The position numbers and the translations under genes were made by a program. Positions 29,722 to 40,750 of a stretch of DNA of 64,000 nt are shown here, piece by piece. Under the pieces are notes generated by a model. The model was not told the DNA's origin. It searched no databases and saw nothing but the letters and a program-made list of their open reading frames with translations. The stretch spans positions 320,001 through 384,000 of the forward strand of contig CAWIIP010000001.1 in assembly GCA_963836235.1 (NCBI GenBank). Direction: 5' to 3'. Position 1 is the stretch's first letter, and each line of letters opens with the position of its first letter. Source of the DNA: an uncultured Pseudomonadota bacterium (GTDB lineage: Bacteria > Oederibacteriota > Muellerivitia > Muellerivitales > Muellerivitaceae).

Positions 29722-31355
29722 TCTGCTTTGCCTTTGGCCCTGCCCCAAACCCAATCAAGCCCATGAAGGGCCATGGCTTTCGCCAGCCCCAGATAAACCA
29801 GCCCGCCCAGGATCACCGGAAGGATAAAATCTAAGAGTCTGCTGCCGGGTAAGTGAAGCCCCTGGATACCCCGTAGTGCCGCCCATGTGGCCAGTCCCAT
29901 CACTATGGAGGCCATGAGGACCTTCCCCGCTTCCATCCGTAAAAACTTCCAATCCAAGTGGATATCGATCTTTTCAATTCCAATTAAAAGCAGGGATAGG
30001 TTGATAAATGAACCGAGGACGGAACCCAGGACCAATCCCCAGAAGCGGATGCGGGAATCATCCACATATAAAAAAGCCAAAAGGTTTAATCCGACGTTGG
30101 CCGCTATGGCGGCCAAGGACGTCGCCAGGGGCTTACGGGCGTTTCGGCGGGCATAATAGGCGGGCAAGAGAATTTTGACGCCGGTATAGCCGACCAGCCC
30201 AAGCGCGTAGAGGGCGGTTGCCTCGGCGGCGGCCTGGGTTGCTTCCGGCGTGAACCGTCCATATTCAAAAGCCAGGTGGCAGGCCGGTTTGGCCACGATC
30301 CAAATCCCGACCGTGCAAGGGACCATCAGGAACAATCCGGCGGACAAGGCTTTGCCCAGGGTTTGGGAAAACTCTTCCATCTTTCCCGTGTTGGATTGGC
30401 GGGCCAAAAGAGGAAAGGTCACGGTGGCGATGGAAACCCCCAAAATCCCAAAGGGCAGCTGGAAAAGCCGGTTTCCGTAATAAAGATAACTCACATAGCC
30501 CGTGGCAAGAAACGAGGCGAAAAATTGGTTGACCAGCAGGTTGACTTGGACAACCGATGAGCTGACGACGGCGGGTCCCATGAGTTTCATCATTTCCATG
30601 ATGCCCGGGTGACGGGGCGGCCAGGACCAACCCACTTTGATCCCGGCCTTCCAGGCTTCGGGGAGCTGCGAAACCCACTGAAAAAGCATCCCCAAAGTCA
30701 TGGAACAGGCCCAAAGTTGGATATTGCGGATCTCTTCCTGGGGATTGCCGCTTTTCCAAAACTTCAAAAGAACCACTCCCATGGCGATCTGCGTTAAATT
30801 CATGAAGACGGGAGCAAAAGCCGGGGTCGTAAAGCGGTGCATGGAATTCAGCGCCCCCATCCAAAGGGCGGCGAAGGAAACAAACATTAAGACCGGAAAA
30901 AGAAAGCGGGTCAACCGGACGGTCAATTGGAACTTGTCGGCATCTTGCATAAAACCATGGGCGATGACGCCCACCACCTGGGGGGCAAAAAGGATTCCCA
31001 AGGCCGTCAAACCGCCCGTTATGAGTAGTAAAAGGGAAAAAACTTGTGACATAAGATTCCAGGCGTCCCGATGGTCTTCCTTTTCCAATCGTGCTGTCAA
31101 AGCCGGTACAAAGGCGTTTGAAAGGGCTCCCTCGGCGAATAAATCCCTCAGCAAGCTGGGTATCCGCACCGCCATAAAGTAGGCGTCGGAAACCATGCCT
31201 GCGCCAAAAAGATTAGCGTTCAAGGTGTCGCGTAGATATCCTGCGACACGGCTGACCGACGTGGCGGTGGTGACCAGCCGGAAATGCCCGCCCAAGCGGG
31301 TCTTGGCGTCCTTCTGACTAGGCTCAGATTCTGGTGATGGAACCTTTATTGACAC
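29718..31355 (-). CDS. murJ: Lipid II flippase MurJ (MviN)
   Basis: SRVAGYLRD, LRDLFAEGALSNAFVP and RLFQLPFG motifs. Confidence 0.95.
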   Translation of the reverse strand: MSIKVPSPESEPSQKDAKTRLGGHFRLVTTATSVSRVAGYLRDTLNANLFGAGMVSDAYFMAVRIPSLLRDLFAEGALSNAFVPALTARLEKEDHRDAWNLMSQVFSLLLLITGGLTALGILFAPQVVGVIAHGFMQDADKFQLTVRLTRFLFPVLMFVSFAALWMGALNSMHRFTTPAFAPVFMNLTQIAMGVVLLKFWKSGNPQEEIRNIQLWACSMTLGMLFQWVSQLPEAWKAGIKVGWSWPPRHPGIMEMMKLMGPAVVSSSVVQVNLLVNQFFASFLATGYVSYLYYGNRLFQLPFGILGVSIATVTFPLLARQSNTGKMEEFSQTLGKALSAGLFLMVPCTVGIWIVAKPACHLAFEYGRFTPEATQAAAEATALYALGLVGYTGVKILLPAYYARRNARKPLATSLAAIAANVGLNLLAFLYVDDSRIRFWGLVLGSVLGSFINLSLLLIGIEKIDIHLDWKFLRMEAGKVLMASIVMGLATWAALRGIQGLHLPGSRLLDFILPVILGGLVYLGLAKAMALHGLDWVWGRAKGKAD

Positions 31356-31422
31356 GATCTTCCCCTTCGTTTACGATATGCCTCCGTTTTAGGAAGCTGT
31401 TGATAAATTCTTTGGAGGTTCC

Positions 31423-31683
31423 ATGCCGATCATCAAGTCGTCGATCAAGGATGTCCGCCGCACCAAAACCCGCACGGCGCGTAATTCCGCTGAAAAAAAC
31501 AAAATCCGCACGGCCATGAAGGCCGTCCTCGCGGCTAAAACCGCGGAGGAAGCGGCCTTGAAACTGAAGGAAGTCATGCACGTTTTGGATAAGGGCCAGG
31601 CCCACGGGATACTTAAGAAGAACACTGCTTCCCGTCACATTTCCCGCCTCTCTAGTTACGTCCACAAAAAGTTCAAAAAGTAA
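31423..31683 (+). CDS. rpsT: 30S ribosomal protein S20
   Basis: MPIIKSSIK...RN...K.KIRTAMK...DK...GILKKNTASR..SRL; RBS GGAGG. Confidence 0.92.
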   Translation: MPIIKSSIKDVRRTKTRTARNSAEKNKIRTAMKAVLAAKTAEEAALKLKEVMHVLDKGQAHGILKKNTASRHISRLSSYVHKKFKK

Positions 31684-31685
31684 AA

Positions 31686-32780
31686 TCATCGGGTGGCCGG
31701 TTTCAAGGCCATCCGGTTTTTTCCCCATTTCAAAACCCACCATTCCAGGTAAATCGGCGGCACGGTTTTGCCCAAACGTCCCGTGACAACCCCGGATTGA
31801 AGGTGGATTAAATCAAGCAGTGCCCCTTTGAGGTCCTCCGTGGAAAATTGGGCGGCTTGATCCCAAAGGCTTTTCAGCCGAAAGGGATGCAAACCCAGGT
31901 TTTCGGCGGTTTTGGGTTGGTCCCATCCTTTTGAACGTCCCAGGGCGATTAAAAGCAGTTCCCGAACCCTTCCATAAAGCATCATCACGGTTCCCGCGTC
32001 TACGCCGTCTTCCAACTTATTCAACAATTGAATGGCCTTTTCCGTTTGGCGCAGGCCGACCGAGTCCAAAAATTGAAAAATACCGGATTCGATCCCCGGA
32101 ACCGGGAGTTCCCGCACCATGTCGACGGAAATAGATTTTTGCGGGTAAGCGTAAATCGAAAGCTGTTCCAGGGCGCTCTTGAGGTAGGCGATGTCCGACC
32201 CGACTTTCTGGATCAAAATCTGGGCGGCGTCCTCGGGAAGGGTGAGTCCGCCGGCTTGGGCCTGCTGCTTTAACCAGCCCGCCATTTTCCAATCCGGGAT
32301 ATCGGAGCATTGAACCGCCCAACCCATCCTTTCCACCGCCGCCACGGCTTTGGCGGTCTTCCTCATTCCCGGAGCCAGGAATACCAAAGTGGAAGAGGGA
32401 TTGGGATTGGAAAAGTAACTCTTAAGCCGCTCTAAGGCGGCTTCCGAATGGCCCCCCAGGACTTTTTCGCCATGTTGTAAAACAAGCAATTGGGAAGTGG
32501 CGAAGAGCGAGGAAGTTTGGGCCGCCATCAACATTTCCCCAAGATTGTTTTCATGGCCGTCAAAAACTTGAAGCGTTCCATCGGGGGCTGATTGACGAAA
32601 CTTTTCCCGGGTGTTTTGAAGGCCTTCGGACAGGACCCCGTCCGAATCGCCGAAAAACAAAAGAACCCTGGGTAAATCATTTTTTTTGAGGCGGGTCAAA
32701 AAATCATCGAAATACAAGGTTTCTCCCGTTTGACGAGCTATTGATTTTTTTGATTCTTTTCTATGCGTGCGATCGAACAA
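31686..32780 (-). CDS. holA: DNA polymerase III delta subunit
   Basis: leuS-lptE-holA-rpsT synteny; SLFATSQLLV and LEQLSIY motifs; start uncertain. Confidence 0.85.
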   Translation of the reverse strand: MFDRTHRKESKKSIARQTGETLYFDDFLTRLKKNDLPRVLLFFGDSDGVLSEGLQNTREKFRQSAPDGTLQVFDGHENNLGEMLMAAQTSSLFATSQLLVLQHGEKVLGGHSEAALERLKSYFSNPNPSSTLVFLAPGMRKTAKAVAAVERMGWAVQCSDIPDWKMAGWLKQQAQAGGLTLPEDAAQILIQKVGSDIAYLKSALEQLSIYAYPQKSISVDMVRELPVPGIESGIFQFLDSVGLRQTEKAIQLLNKLEDGVDAGTVMMLYGRVRELLLIALGRSKGWDQPKTAENLGLHPFRLKSLWDQAAQFSTEDLKGALLDLIHLQSGVVTGRLGKTVPPIYLEWWVLKWGKNRMALKPATR

Positions 32781-32830
32781 CGATTTTCGAGTTACTTCCG
32801 TCTTCCAGCCAGTCTAATCTTTACCGCGTC

Positions 32831-33577
32831 TTACTGAATTCCGGAAGGGATGTTCTTTGGTATGGGCGAAATGGGCGAATTGGAGAAAGGGGTGCTCATG
32901 GGCATGAGGTTTCCCTTGGGGGCCATTGGGATTTTAGCGACCGGGGTGGCGCTTTTGGTTTCCTCGGGTTTGACGTAGAAAAAGGTGATCCCCACCAATT
33001 GGCCGTCCACGCTTAAATGGATCGTGTAAAGCCCCACGTCGTGGGGCAAACCGGTCTGGCCATATTCCGAATTAAGGTGATCCAAGCCCAGAGTCATGTC
33101 CACCAGGAACCATTGGTAAGTTTCGTTTTGGATCGTCAAAAGCCGGTCGGTGAAACCCACCTGAAATTCCTGGTCGAATTTCGCGATCCGAAGATCCGTG
33201 GGAGAAAAGCATTCCACGGTCGCGGTATGGATCCGGCTGGAGGGTTTGATTAAAAAATAGGCGAAATAACAGACCTGGTCCTGTTTGTTCAAATAAAAGT
33301 AATTGACACTGTCGACCGGATATTGATTCACGATTTTGGTGCTGGTAATCATGTGGCTGACGATGATGTCCTGGTTGACCGTGGGGCTGCTGGGGGCGGA
33401 CTCGGGCGGGGCGTCTTTGACTATTGCGGGAGAGGACTTTTCCGGCGCGTTTTTAGGGACGCCCCCCGTGATCCACTCCAGGTCGGCATGGGCGGTTGCC
33501 CATAAAAAGAAGGCGGCAACCACTATTTTGGATTTTAAATTCTCAACTTTGAATTTTTGGGCCATTCGTCCCCTCAA
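32831..33577 (-). CDS. Exported hypothetical protein (Ig-like beta domain, Pro-rich tail)
   Basis: Signal peptide (ATAHA); GLYTIHLSVDG. Confidence 0.6.
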   Translation of the reverse strand: MRGRMAQKFKVENLKSKIVVAAFFLWATAHADLEWITGGVPKNAPEKSSPAIVKDAPPESAPSSPTVNQDIIVSHMITSTKIVNQYPVDSVNYFYLNKQDQVCYFAYFLIKPSSRIHTATVECFSPTDLRIAKFDQEFQVGFTDRLLTIQNETYQWFLVDMTLGLDHLNSEYGQTGLPHDVGLYTIHLSVDGQLVGITFFYVKPEETKSATPVAKIPMAPKGNLMPMSTPFSNSPISPIPKNIPSGIQ

Positions 33578-33631
33578 TCGATTAATGATTAAAGCCTACT
33601 TATCCACAACCGCCATTATGAAGCCGAAGAT

Positions 33632-34168
33632 TTAGTTCCCTTCGATAACGCGGCGGACGATCGTATAGGCCATGTCGCCGGCCAGTTGGGAAACCGCCTG
33701 ATCCTCGGTTTCAGTGATCGCTCCGGTATATTGGGGCGTGTAAAAATAAATACTGTGAATTTTTCCCGTGTCCTCCAGGAAAGTCTTCTTTTCCCTTTGG
33801 TCAATGGCCGCCAGGTCGTAGACAACGGACAAGCGGTATTCGAGGACGTAATTAGTGTTGGGGGCGTAAAGTTCCGGCTCCCGAATATATTGCTTAATGA
33901 CGACTTTCACCGCCAAGTCGGACTTGTCGGCGGTTTCGATCGGAAGCCGCCCGTCGACTTGAAATTGACGGATGGTGGCCTGGGTAAAAATGGTATCTAG
34001 CCCATAATAGCTGGTTTTGTTCTCGAAAAGTTCCACGCCCACGTTTTGAATGTAAGAAGGGATGACAATGGCCGCGGGATGGCATCCCACCATCCCCACG
34101 AATATAAGCGAATAGCAAGCCAAACGCCATTTTACAAGCGGCCCGTATTTCGGGAATATCCGGTTCAA
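33632..34168 (-). CDS. lptE: LptE-family lipoprotein
   Basis: Lipobox-like MVGC; FENKT...; immediately downstream of leuS. Confidence 0.75.
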   Translation of the reverse strand: MNRIFPKYGPLVKWRLACYSLIFVGMVGCHPAAIVIPSYIQNVGVELFENKTSYYGLDTIFTQATIRQFQVDGRLPIETADKSDLAVKVVIKQYIREPELYAPNTNYVLEYRLSVVYDLAAIDQREKKTFLEDTGKIHSIYFYTPQYTGAITETEDQAVSQLAGDMAYTIVRRVIEGN

Positions 34169-36669
34169 TTTGACCTCACGATAAGATTGGCCAGCTTGTC
34201 CTTCACCCAAATCAGTTTTTTCACGGATTCGGGTTTCACGAATTTTTGGACCCTTTCATCCTTCAAAAGAAAATCCTTTACCGCCTCCTCCGCCAACCCC
34301 ACTGCGATAGTGACCCGGGTTTTGACTTTGCCGTTAATTTGAACGGGGATTTCCACCGTATCCGCTTTAATCAAGGCGGGGTCAAACTGGGGCCAGCCCG
34401 CGTTGAGGAGGTTTTCACCCTTTCCTAAAGAGCTCCACATTTCCTCTGCCACATGGGGGGTGAAAGGCCCCAAAAGCTTTACCAGTGCTTCCATCGCCTC
34501 TCGCAGAAGCGGGGTCTTGGCGCCCGGTTGTTCTTTGTAATCGTAAAGCAAATTGATCATTTCCATCATAGCGCTGATGGCGGTGTTGAATTTGAACCCT
34601 TCGGTCATATCCGAGGTGACTTTTTGAATAGTTTGATGGGTTTTGCGGCGGATTTCCTTATCCGCTTCCGACTCGGCTTTGGGTGCTTCCATCGTCGCGA
34701 AATCCGGCTTTGCCTGCAGTTCTTGGAAGAGCCTCCATATCCGGTTCAAGAAACGAAAGGGGCCTTCTACGGCCCGGTCGTCCCATTCCGCATCCCGCTC
34801 CGGCGGGCCAATGAAAAGGGTATAGAGACGGAAGGTATCCGAGCCATATTTTTTTATCAGTTCATCAGGTTGGACGGAGTTGCCCTTGCTCTTGGACATC
34901 TTGACCCCGCCTTTGGTAATCATTCCCTGGGTGAAAAGCCGCCTGAAGGGTTCGTCAAAATTGATGAAGCCCTGATCCTTTAAAACCTTCGTGATGAACC
35001 GTGAATAAAGCAGGTGGAGGATGGCGTGTTCGACCCCGCCGATATATTGATCCACGGGAAGCCATTGATTCGCCGTTTGGGTGCTGAAGGCTTCTTTGTC
35101 GTTTTTCGCCGAGACATAGCGAAGGAAATACCAGCTGGAATCCACGAAAGTATCCATCGTGTCCGTTTCCCGCCGGGCCTTCCCGCCGCATTTGGGGCAA
35201 GAGGTGTTCACGAAGGAAGGTATGGACTTTAACGGGGATTCGCCGGTGGGTTTAAATTCCACCGCGCGGGGCAATTGAACCGGCAGGTCTTTTTCCGGGA
35301 CCGGCGTCCAGCCGCAGGCGTCGCAATGGATCATGGGGATGGGCGCCCCCCAATAGCGCTGGCGGGAAATCAGCCAATCCCGCAGGCGGTAGGTAACCGT
35401 CCCCTTCCCTATCTTTTTTTCTTTCAGCCACTCGGTCATTTTTTTCTTGGCGGCTTCGACATTGAGGCCGTTCAGGAATTCCGAATTCACCAGATTGCCG
35501 TCATCCGTGTAGGCTTCGGCTTGGGGGTCATAGGTGTGGAGGGCGGTCTTCCAGGCGTGCTTCACTTCGTCCGACGGGTCGATGACCTGCACAATGTGGA
35601 TGCCGTATTTTTTGGCGAATTCAAAATCCCGCGTGTCGTGGGCCGGGACCGCCATGATGGCTCCCGTTCCATAATTGATGAGAACGTAATTAGCGATATA
35701 GACCGGAATCGACTTTCCATTGACGGGATTGATAGCGCGGATGCCCGTGTCCAATCCCAGTTTTTCAGCGCTTTCCCCGATGCGGTCCTGGGCGCTTTGT
35801 TTTTTGACCTTCTCGACAAAATCTTTCACTTCCGATTCTTTTTCCGTTCCCTTGACCAACGAAAGCACCAGGGGGTGTTCGGGGGCCAGCACCATGTAGG
35901 TCGCCCCAAAGAGGGTGTCGGGCCGGGTGGTGAAAACCGTAATGGCCTCGTTTTTTCCCTCGACTTGAAACTGCACTTCGGCCCCTTCGCTTCGCCCAAT
36001 CCAATTGCGCTGCATGGTCTTGACCCGCTCCGGCCACTGCTCCAGCCGGTCGATATCGTTTAAAAGCCGCTCGGCGTAGTCCGTAATTTTAAAAAACCAC
36101 TGTTCCAGGTCCTTTTGCTCGACGATGGAATCACAGCGCTCACATTGGCCGTCCACCACCTGCTCATTGGCCAAAACCGTCAGGCAGGAAGGGCACCAGT
36201 TGACATAGGCTTTTTTACGGTAGGCCAGGCCCTTTTCATACAGCTTCAGGAAGATCCATTGGGTCCAGCGGTAGTAATCGGGCAGGCAGGAAACCACTTC
36301 CTTGTCCCAGTCGTAGCCCATGCCCCAATCGTCAAACTGCCCCTTCATGCGCTCGATATTCTTGAGGGTCCAATCCTCGGGATGGATTCCCTTTTTAATG
36401 GCGGCATTTTCAGCGGGAAGGCCAAAAGCGTCGAAACCCATGGGATTCAGGACATTGAGGCCCTGCGCCTTAAAGTAGCGGTAGACCGCGTCGCCGATGA
36501 TGTAATTGCGCCCATGGCCGGCATGAAGAAAATCTCCGGAAGGATAAGGGAACATGACGAGGGTGTAATATTTTTGAGCGGTTTTGGAGAGATCGCAGGC
36601 AAAGACGCCCTTTTCCTTCCATTGCCTTTTCCAACGATGCTCGATTTCGGTGAAGTTATAGGCTTCCAT
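34165..36669 (-). CDS. leuS: Leucine-tRNA ligase
   Basis: [29 protein letters not shown] and KMSKSKGN motifs. Confidence 0.98.
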   Translation of the reverse strand: MEAYNFTEIEHRWKRQWKEKGVFACDLSKTAQKYYTLVMFPYPSGDFLHAGHGRNYIIGDAVYRYFKAQGLNVLNPMGFDAFGLPAENAAIKKGIHPEDWTLKNIERMKGQFDDWGMGYDWDKEVVSCLPDYYRWTQWIFLKLYEKGLAYRKKAYVNWCPSCLTVLANEQVVDGQCERCDSIVEQKDLEQWFFKITDYAERLLNDIDRLEQWPERVKTMQRNWIGRSEGAEVQFQVEGKNEAITVFTTRPDTLFGATYMVLAPEHPLVLSLVKGTEKESEVKDFVEKVKKQSAQDRIGESAEKLGLDTGIRAINPVNGKSIPVYIANYVLINYGTGAIMAVPAHDTRDFEFAKKYGIHIVQVIDPSDEVKHAWKTALHTYDPQAEAYTDDGNLVNSEFLNGLNVEAAKKKMTEWLKEKKIGKGTVTYRLRDWLISRQRYWGAPIPMIHCDACGWTPVPEKDLPVQLPRAVEFKPTGESPLKSIPSFVNTSCPKCGGKARRETDTMDTFVDSSWYFLRYVSAKNDKEAFSTQTANQWLPVDQYIGGVEHAILHLLYSRFITKVLKDQGFINFDEPFRRLFTQGMITKGGVKMSKSKGNSVQPDELIKKYGSDTFRLYTLFIGPPERDAEWDDRAVEGPFRFLNRIWRLFQELQAKPDFATMEAPKAESEADKEIRRKTHQTIQKVTSDMTEGFKFNTAISAMMEMINLLYDYKEQPGAKTPLLREAMEALVKLLGPFTPHVAEEMWSSLGKGENLLNAGWPQFDPALIKADTVEIPVQINGKVKTRVTIAVGLAEEAVKDFLLKDERVQKFVKPESVKKLIWVKDKLANLIVRSN

Positions 36670-36752
36670 GACGGCCTTTCGAATGGGTTGCGAGGAAGAA
36701 GATTATAAGGGAAAAACCCGTTTTTTTAACAAAGTAGGGCCTTCTTCATCAA

Positions 36753-37475
36753 TCAATTCACCAAGTGTTTGCGGGAGAAAATCAGCGTCAAGAGAACAAA
36801 GAGGCTCCAGGCGATAAATAAATCCAATAACGGGAAAGGCTGGGCGTGGGTGGCGTGAACCAAGCTACTGGCGGCGCTGCTTCCGGATTGCAGGAGATTG
36901 TTCCAGAGGGGATGGCTCAAAAACAGATCCACCAGGAAAAAAATGTGGATAGCCGGAACCACCCCGAAGGACAGTTTTGAGCCGCTGAGAAGATAACCGC
37001 TGCAGATAAAAAAAGCGAACCCCGCGATGGCCCAGTAAATTAAGGAAAGGGGCGGGGCGATGTAAAACCCGAAGGCCGGGGCTTGGGAAAGAAATGTCCA
37101 TCCGGAGAAGAGAAAAATGGCGATCGTCAGTTCCATTACTCCCGCCGTCAGCAAGTAACCGTTGAGTTTTAACTTCGCTTGGATCACTTGGATATCCGCC
37201 ACCACTTGGCTGGAGGAGGAGGTGAGGTAACGGATCCCCAGGAAATATTCCCCGGCGGTGGGATTCAGGCGGTCCCGGCACCAAAACCACTCGCCAAAGA
37301 ATAAAAATAAAGTCAGGGAGGACCAATAGGAATGCCATCCAAAAGTAAAGCAGATCACCCAGGCGATAAATCCGCAGATCAAAACGTCCACGTACTTGCT
37401 GGCGAACTGCCGCCAGACGGTGGGCCGGGCCGATTTTTTACCGGGTTGGGGGTGGGTGGAAGTGGTGACGGTCAT
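36753..37475 (-). CDS. Membrane protein (RDD-like N-terminus)
   Basis: WRQFASKYVD...TAGEYFLGIR; multiple TM helices. Confidence 0.55.
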   Translation of the reverse strand: MTVTTSTHPQPGKKSARPTVWRQFASKYVDVLICGFIAWVICFTFGWHSYWSSLTLFLFFGEWFWCRDRLNPTAGEYFLGIRYLTSSSSQVVADIQVIQAKLKLNGYLLTAGVMELTIAIFLFSGWTFLSQAPAFGFYIAPPLSLIYWAIAGFAFFICSGYLLSGSKLSFGVVPAIHIFFLVDLFLSHPLWNNLLQSGSSAASSLVHATHAQPFPLLDLFIAWSLFVLLTLIFSRKHLVN

Positions 37476-37945
37476 GGTTCCGTTATGTTAAGCAACATGG
37501 CAATCTCATCGCAATCGGAAAACTTGGCGCAATGGACGCAATCCCCCCAAATTTTTTGGGGCAGGGTTAATTTTTCGACCTTGGTGAAACCTAGCTTCGT
37601 GAAAAATTCGGTTTGATAAGTGAGGGTAAATATCCTTTGAAGGTGCAGTTCCTTTGCGTCTTCCAGGCAATAGTGAAGCAATTTTTTGCCGATTCCCTGG
37701 CCTTGAAGCGATTCCTCGACCGCGAGAGACCGGACCTCGGCAAGGTCTTCCCCGACCACGTGAAGGGCGACGACCCCTTTGAGGGATTGGGTTTCCCCGA
37801 CCGCCACCGTGAAATCCCTTACCTTTTCAATCACCTGGGAAAAGGAGCGGGGCAACATCAGCCCCTTGGTGGAGTAATGGTTGATGAGATTGAGGATGGA
37901 TCGTACGTCGGAAGGCCTGGCCCTCCGGTAAGTTAATGGGTTCAT
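37472..37945 (-). CDS. GNAT N-acetyltransferase (short ArgA-like)
   Basis: GLMLPRS, LAEVRSLAV, QGQGIG and LPQKIWGDC..C.KF..CDE motifs. Confidence 0.85.
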   Translation of the reverse strand: MNPLTYRRARPSDVRSILNLINHYSTKGLMLPRSFSQVIEKVRDFTVAVGETQSLKGVVALHVVGEDLAEVRSLAVEESLQGQGIGKKLLHYCLEDAKELHLQRIFTLTYQTEFFTKLGFTKVEKLTLPQKIWGDCVHCAKFSDCDEIAMLLNITEP

Positions 37946-37991
37946 GTTGTCCTAACAGGGAATAAAAAAGCATTTTCACCCTGTCTATAAT

Positions 37992-38032
37992 AAAAAAGCT
38001 GGCCCCCCAAACCAAGGGGAACCAGCTTTTTT
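37992..38032. terminator. Bidirectional-type intrinsic terminator
   Basis: AAAAAAGCTGG...CCAGCTTTTTT inverted repeat just downstream of the stop at 38044. Confidence 0.65.
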
Positions 38033-38043
38033 GGTTGATTCTA

Positions 38044-38904
38044 TTATTTGGAAAAGAGCGCGACTCCGCCGCCGATCAAAACACCCACTTGTCCGGCCAA
38101 GTCCAAGCCGCCAAAGGCTTGAAGCTGAACATCATGCCCCGTTCGCAAGCCAACGATCAAAGGAGTAGCCCCGTCCCCTTGGCCGTTGACAGCTAATTCC
38201 GCGATGCCTGTCAATTCCGAATCAAAAGGATAGGCCGCGCCAGCGTTTAACAGAACGTAAGAACCGCCGCCGCCCGAATAGGTGACGCCATCGATAGTTA
38301 TACTACGTCCGCCCACCACCATAATTCCCAATTGTCCGTTTAACTGGAGACCATCCACAAAGGTGTAGGTTACCACGCCATAGGGGTCGAAATCCAAAGT
38401 GCTGATGTCGGGGGTAATATACAAAGGTCCGATGGAAAGGTCCAACCCGGCGGCGATATCCAGTCCCTTGGAAACATGTGGGAAACCGTATTTGGCGCCG
38501 AAAGTGATAAAGTTTAACCCGCTTACCCCGCCAGCGGCATAAAAGGAACTGCTGGCGTGCAATTGCAATTTATCCGTCGCTCCGAAAGCGGCTCCAAAGG
38601 GAATACTGACTCCGTTATAGGCCGAATCGAACCAGATGTGGGCGGCGCCCATGATTTCGCCTTGCTCCGGGGTATTTGCCGTATCACCGAAGAAATAACC
38701 GGGCCGACCAGCCAGATTGGCGCCGGAAATAGGATGGGGCCTTTCGGCCGCCATTTCGTGGCGCATTTCTCGCTTCATTTCTTTTTTTTCTTCCGCCTTT
38801 TTCTTTTTCTTCTTCGACGCCGCTTGGGCGGGGCTGACCGCCAAACTCAAGGCAAGCGCGAAAGCCAAACCGGCTACGACAAATCGGGTCCAAAACTTCA
38901 TCAT
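38044..38904 (-). CDS. Putative outer-membrane beta-barrel protein with Lys-rich N-terminus
   Basis: Signal peptide (AQA), KKKKKK tract, alternating amphipathic Gly/aromatic strands. Confidence 0.55.
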   Translation of the reverse strand: MMKFWTRFVVAGLAFALALSLAVSPAQAASKKKKKKAEEKKEMKREMRHEMAAERPHPISGANLAGRPGYFFGDTANTPEQGEIMGAAHIWFDSAYNGVSIPFGAAFGATDKLQLHASSSFYAAGGVSGLNFITFGAKYGFPHVSKGLDIAAGLDLSIGPLYITPDISTLDFDPYGVVTYTFVDGLQLNGQLGIMVVGGRSITIDGVTYSGGGGSYVLLNAGAAYPFDSELTGIAELAVNGQGDGATPLIVGLRTGHDVQLQAFGGLDLAGQVGVLIGGGVALFSK

Positions 38905-38974
38905 TTACTTCCTCCTGGTTTTATTAAACCGCTACCTTAAAAACAAACTTTATCGGCCAACCCCAAAAGTCGGC

Positions 38975-40690
38975 CTATTTGCCGCGCATTCTAGCATAGA
39001 GTTCTTTGGCGTGGGTACGGGAAGTTTCGGATATGGGTTCCCCGCCCAGCATTTTGGCCAATTCATCAATTCGGTCGGTTTCCGTTAAACGGTTGACGCC
39101 AACCGAGGTCTTCGCACCCAGGACTTTTTTGTGAACTTGGAAGTGGTTTTCGCCCAAACCGGCGATGGGAGCCAGGTGGGAGATGCATAAAACTTGTTTT
39201 GAATCGGATAAATGCTTCAACAACCCGGCCACGGCGGGGGCTGTCCTGGCCCCGACGCCCGTATCGATCTCATCAAAAATAAGTGTTGGGACTTCGTCAC
39301 TTTCCGCAAGGACGGTTTTTAGGGCCAGCATCACGCGGGAGGCTTCCCCACCGGAGGCGACTTTGGCCAGAGGACGAAGCGGTTCGCCTGGGTTGGCCGA
39401 GAAAAGAAATTCCACTTTGTCCCAGCCCGCAGGCGACAAGTGAAGCCGCTTTCCTTTTTCGATCACCGGGCTCTCGGATTCTTCCAGCGGGGTCAATTGG
39501 ACCCCCATTTGAGCGTGGGTCAAGCCCAATTCTTTGACGGTATTTTGCACCTGGTTCGCCAGATCGGCGCCGGCTTGGGATCTGTTCGCGCTCAATTGGC
39601 TCGAAGCCAAACGATATTGTTCGGAAGCTTTTTCAATTTCATTCCCCAGTGTTTTCAAGCGGCCTTCCCGACCTTCCAAGTTTTTTAACTCTTCCCGAAT
39701 TTGGCCCAGGTACTTCGCGATTTCGCCGACCGAATCGCCATATTTCTTTTTCAGGGAATTTAAACCGTCGATACGGTCGGACAATTCCTCGAATTCGGCT
39801 TCGCTGAAAGAATAGCTCTCCAGCTTTTGGGCGATATCGAAAGAAAGTTGGTTTAAGTTTTCTTGGGTGGTCTTGGCCGTCTCCACCATGACCTCCAAAT
39901 CGGGGTCCAGTTTGGCCGAATCCATCAGCCGCGAAACAACCGTGCCGAAAAGTCCGGTTGCTCCCCCATCTCCCTCCTCATCCAAGAGCCTTTGGGCCTC
40001 GGTCACATACTTGGTGATCTTTTCCGCGTTCTTCATCAACTGGTATTTTTTGAGGAGTTCTTCCTCGTTCAGGGATTCGAGACCCGAGGTCTCAATTTCT
40101 TGCACTTGAAATTGGAGAAGGTCGGTCCTGCGGGCTATTTCCCGGGAATCCCCGCCAAGGCGGGATTGTTCAATCAACAAACCTGATAGGGCTTCGTAAG
40201 CGTCGGCGGTTTTTTCGAGGAACTTTTCCAGATGGCCGAAGGAATCGATTAATTGCCGGTGGCGGCCCACGTTGAAGATGGCCTGGTGTTCATGCTGGCC
40301 ATGAATATCCACCAGCCAATCCCCTAGTTCGGAGATCATGGCGGCGGTGGCCATTTCCCCGTTCACGAAACTGCGGGTCTTGCCAGAGGATCGGTTGAAT
40401 TCCCTTTTGACCAACAATTCCCCATGGCTGGCATCAATGCCCCATTCGGAAAGCTTTTTGATGGCCGAGCTTTTCAAGGGCACTTGAAAGAGAGCCTCCA
40501 CCACCGCGCGGTCTTCCCCGGCCCGCAGCATATCGGCGGTGATCCGGTCTCCCAGGAGGAAATAAAGGGCGTCCACGATTAGGGATTTCCCGGCGCCCGT
40601 TTCCCCCGTGAGGACGTTGAAACCAGGACCGAATTCCATGGCAACGGATTCCACGATGGCAAAATTCTTAATGGAAAGTTGTCGAAGCAT
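38975..40690 (-). CDS. recN: DNA repair protein RecN
   Basis: LTGETGAGKS, IHGQHEHQ, ASGGEASR, IFDEIDTGV and CISHL motifs. Confidence 0.97.
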   Translation of the reverse strand: MLRQLSIKNFAIVESVAMEFGPGFNVLTGETGAGKSLIVDALYFLLGDRITADMLRAGEDRAVVEALFQVPLKSSAIKKLSEWGIDASHGELLVKREFNRSSGKTRSFVNGEMATAAMISELGDWLVDIHGQHEHQAIFNVGRHRQLIDSFGHLEKFLEKTADAYEALSGLLIEQSRLGGDSREIARRTDLLQFQVQEIETSGLESLNEEELLKKYQLMKNAEKITKYVTEAQRLLDEEGDGGATGLFGTVVSRLMDSAKLDPDLEVMVETAKTTQENLNQLSFDIAQKLESYSFSEAEFEELSDRIDGLNSLKKKYGDSVGEIAKYLGQIREELKNLEGREGRLKTLGNEIEKASEQYRLASSQLSANRSQAGADLANQVQNTVKELGLTHAQMGVQLTPLEESESPVIEKGKRLHLSPAGWDKVEFLFSANPGEPLRPLAKVASGGEASRVMLALKTVLAESDEVPTLIFDEIDTGVGARTAPAVAGLLKHLSDSKQVLCISHLAPIAGLGENHFQVHKKVLGAKTSVGVNRLTETDRIDELAKMLGGEPISETSRTHAKELYARMRGK

Positions 40691-40750
40691 GAACCCAATA
40701 TATTTTGCGGAAAATGAATTATCAATGAAAGGATTGGTTACAATGAAGCC

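Noticed and set aside
33600-33608. Perfect DnaA box TTATCCACA
   Set aside because: A single isolated 9-mer; compatible with chance or simple regulation
34453-36708. Long antisense ORFs opposite leuS (176, 262 and 197 aa) and similar ones opposite murJ and mutL
   Set aside because: Codon-bias shadows of well-supported genes, with no recognisable motifs
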